From Dehalococcoidia bacterium (GTDB taxonomy: Bacteria; Chloroflexota; Dehalococcoidia; Plut-88900): a stretch of DNA of 64,000 bases. Each line of letters begins with the position of its first letter. The first letter of the stretch is position 1. The stretch lies in the NCBI GenBank assembly GCA_965207225.1, contig CBDBLV010000001.1, forward strand, positions 64,001 to 128,000, written 5' to 3'. Shown in pieces: positions 62,043-64,000 of this stretch. The position numbers and the translations under genes are program-made. The notes under the pieces are model-generated. The model saw only the letters and a program-made list of their open reading frames with translations, ran no database searches and was not told the DNA's origin.

Positions 62043-62819
62043 CTACCTTCCCGTAAACTCCGGCTCCCGCTTCTCCATGAAAGACCTCCTCCCCTCCTGC
62101 GCATCCTCCGAGTCCGATACCGGCTTTTCTATCAACGTCTGCAGCGTCAGACCCCTCTCCCAGTCGATAAACGCATTCATCGACTGCTTCATGTACGCTA
62201 TCGACGTCGTCGCCCCCTTGGCTAGACGCTCGGCCCATTCCGCCACAGCGTTATCTAGCTCCTCGGCGGGCACGGCCTTGTTCACCAGCCCAATCCGCTC
62301 CGCTTCCGTGCCGCTTATCCAGTCTCCCAGGAACAGTATTTCGCACGCCCGCCGGTACCCTACTGCCGTCAAAATAGAGAACGTCCCCGACGCCAACCCG
62401 CGTTGCACATACGGTATTCCCAGCCTCGCATCCTCCGCCGCAATAACCAGGTCCGCCCCCAGCGCCACCTCGAACGCCCCGCCCAGCGCGTACCCGTGAA
62501 GCTGAGCGATCACCGGCTTAAGGAAACCCCGTAGCGCCTTCACCATCCCCGGCGGCCCCTGCAGCTGCGCCGATAGCGAGTCCGTCGCTATCCTTCGCGA
62601 TGTCTTTCCCATCCCCTTCAAGTCATCCCCCGCACTGAACGCCCGACCCTCCCCCTTCAGCACCAGCACCCGCACATCCGGGTCCGACGCCGCATCCGCC
62701 AGGGCATCCAGCATCTCGTCGAAAGTCTGGTGGTTCAGCGCATTCAGCTGCTTCGGCCTGTTCAGTATAATCGTCGCAATTCCATCGGTCTTCTCATAGA
62801 GGATTAACTCATATTCCAT
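62043..62819 (-). CDS. Enoyl-CoA hydratase/isomerase family protein
   Basis: LNRPKQLNAL, AFSAGDDL, KPVIAQLHGYALGG, EAERIGLVN, FMEKREPEF. Confidence 0.93.
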   Translation of the reverse strand: MEYELILYEKTDGIATIILNRPKQLNALNHQTFDEMLDALADAASDPDVRVLVLKGEGRAFSAGDDLKGMGKTSRRIATDSLSAQLQGPPGMVKALRGFLKPVIAQLHGYALGGAFEVALGADLVIAAEDARLGIPYVQRGLASGTFSILTAVGYRRACEILFLGDWISGTEAERIGLVNKAVPAEELDNAVAEWAERLAKGATTSIAYMKQSMNAFIDWERGLTLQTLIEKPVSDSEDAQEGRRSFMEKREPEFTGR

Positions 62820-62996
62820 GCAAATGTCTCCTGGGATCGATACTTTTCGGCGCGCCTATGATACACCCACCCCTCCCATCCCGAGGCCCCGCGAGGGATC
62901 TAGGACTTGCCCGCTCACATTCCCCTCAACCCTCAGCAATTAGTGTTAACCTTGTATTAGAGACCTTTCACTAGAATCCGACAACGAGGCTCACCA

Positions 62997-63668
62997 ATGA
63001 AACACGAAATCCTCTACAAGCCCTCCTACTCCCTCGCCGTCCTCAGCATGGACCGCGGCGATGAGATCGTCGCCGAGTCCGGCGCCATGGTCAGCATGTC
63101 CCCCACCATCAACATCGAGACCTCCACCCGGGGCGGCGGCCTCCTTGGTGGCCTCGCCCGCAAGTTCCTCACCAACGAAAGCTTCTTCCTCAACACCTTC
63201 CATGCCGACGACGCCGGCGAGATCACCCTCGCCCCTGCCCTCCCAGGAGACGTCTTCCACACTGACATGCGCAACGAAACCCTCTTCGTCCAGTCCGGTT
63301 CTTACATGGCCTCCTCCAAGTCCCTCAACGTCGACACCCAGTGGGGCGGCGCCAAGACCTTCTTCTCCAAGGAAGGCCTCTTCCTCATCAGGGTCCAGGG
63401 CTCCGGCGACCTCTTCCTCTCCAGTTACGGCGCAATCCACACCAAGGAACTTAAGCACGGCGAGAGCTACATCGTGGATACCGGCCACATGGTCGCCTTC
63501 GACGAAAGCGTCAACTACCGTGTCACGAGAGTCGGCGGGCTGAAGTCCACCCTTTTCAGCGGCGAGGGCCTGGTCGTCGAGCTCACGGGGCCCGGGAGAG
63601 TCCTCATCCAGTCCCGCAGCGCCGACTCCTTCCTCTCCTGGCTAATCCCCAATCTGCCCAGCCGTTAG
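62997..63668 (+). CDS. TIGR00266/AIM24-family protein
   Basis: AESGAMVSM, ESFFLN, LAPALPGD, VDTGHMVAF, SGEGLV..LTGPGRV.IQSR. Confidence 0.9.
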   Translation: MKHEILYKPSYSLAVLSMDRGDEIVAESGAMVSMSPTINIETSTRGGGLLGGLARKFLTNESFFLNTFHADDAGEITLAPALPGDVFHTDMRNETLFVQSGSYMASSKSLNVDTQWGGAKTFFSKEGLFLIRVQGSGDLFLSSYGAIHTKELKHGESYIVDTGHMVAFDESVNYRVTRVGGLKSTLFSGEGLVVELTGPGRVLIQSRSADSFLSWLIPNLPSR

Positions 63669-64000
63669 CCCAGGGCCCAGAGCAGCAGGCTCAGGCTCCC
63701 GACATAGACCACCGTCGCGCTGAACCCGCTCAGGAAATAACCCCACTTCTCGCTTTCTATTAGCCGCATCAGCAGCGTGGACACTACCACCGCCGCCAGG
63801 GGCACGATGTTCACCAGCGCCACCGTCGGCACCTCGACATCCAGCTCCTCCTGCCCCGTTATCGCCCAGTATGTCGGGATGTTGAACACCATGAACCCTA
63901 TAACGGCTCCCACCACGAACAACAGCGGGTCAACCCGTTTCGGCGCACCGTACCTGAACGCCGCCAGTATCCCCGCTGACCATATGGACAGGGTGTAACC
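63665..64000 (-). CDS. Membrane protein, partial (start outside window)
   Basis: Frame open to the window edge (GYTLSIWSAG...FVVGAVIGF), hydrophobic segments. Confidence 0.65.
   Translation of the reverse strand, partial: GYTLSIWSAGILAAFRYGAPKRVDPLLFVVGAVIGFMVFNIPTYWAITGQEELDVEVPTVALVNIVPLAAVVVSTLLMRLIESEKWGYFLSGFSATVVYVGSLSLLLWALG

Overview
High-GC bacterial chromosomal window, most consistent with Chloroflexota/Dehalococcoidia (SAR202-like; inferred from a T-box trp leader, SDR and LLM paralog expansions and Pro/Thr-linker lipoproteins). It carries housekeeping genes (uvrA, hpt, T-box-controlled trpE-[5 SDRs]-trpGDCFB without trpA, split transketolase, panBC, surE, tRNA-CAT), an intact IS21 element with a 4-bp target duplication, HicAB and Phd-VapC toxin-antitoxin modules, two lower-GC candidate defence islets, a partner-switching module, an ATP-grasp/amt/alpha-E operon and many palindromic intergenic repeats. 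The most unusual signal is a non-coding element present twice (about 2914-6083, split by the IS21 and directly upstream of uvrA; and 26816-27640). Both copies have a near-consensus sigma70 promoter overlapped by LexA-like boxes, an AAGGAGG with no start codon, two long-range helices with compensatory changes and a divergent hairpin-rich interior, i.e. a candidate large structured RNA family. All calls come from reading the sequence; no searches were run.
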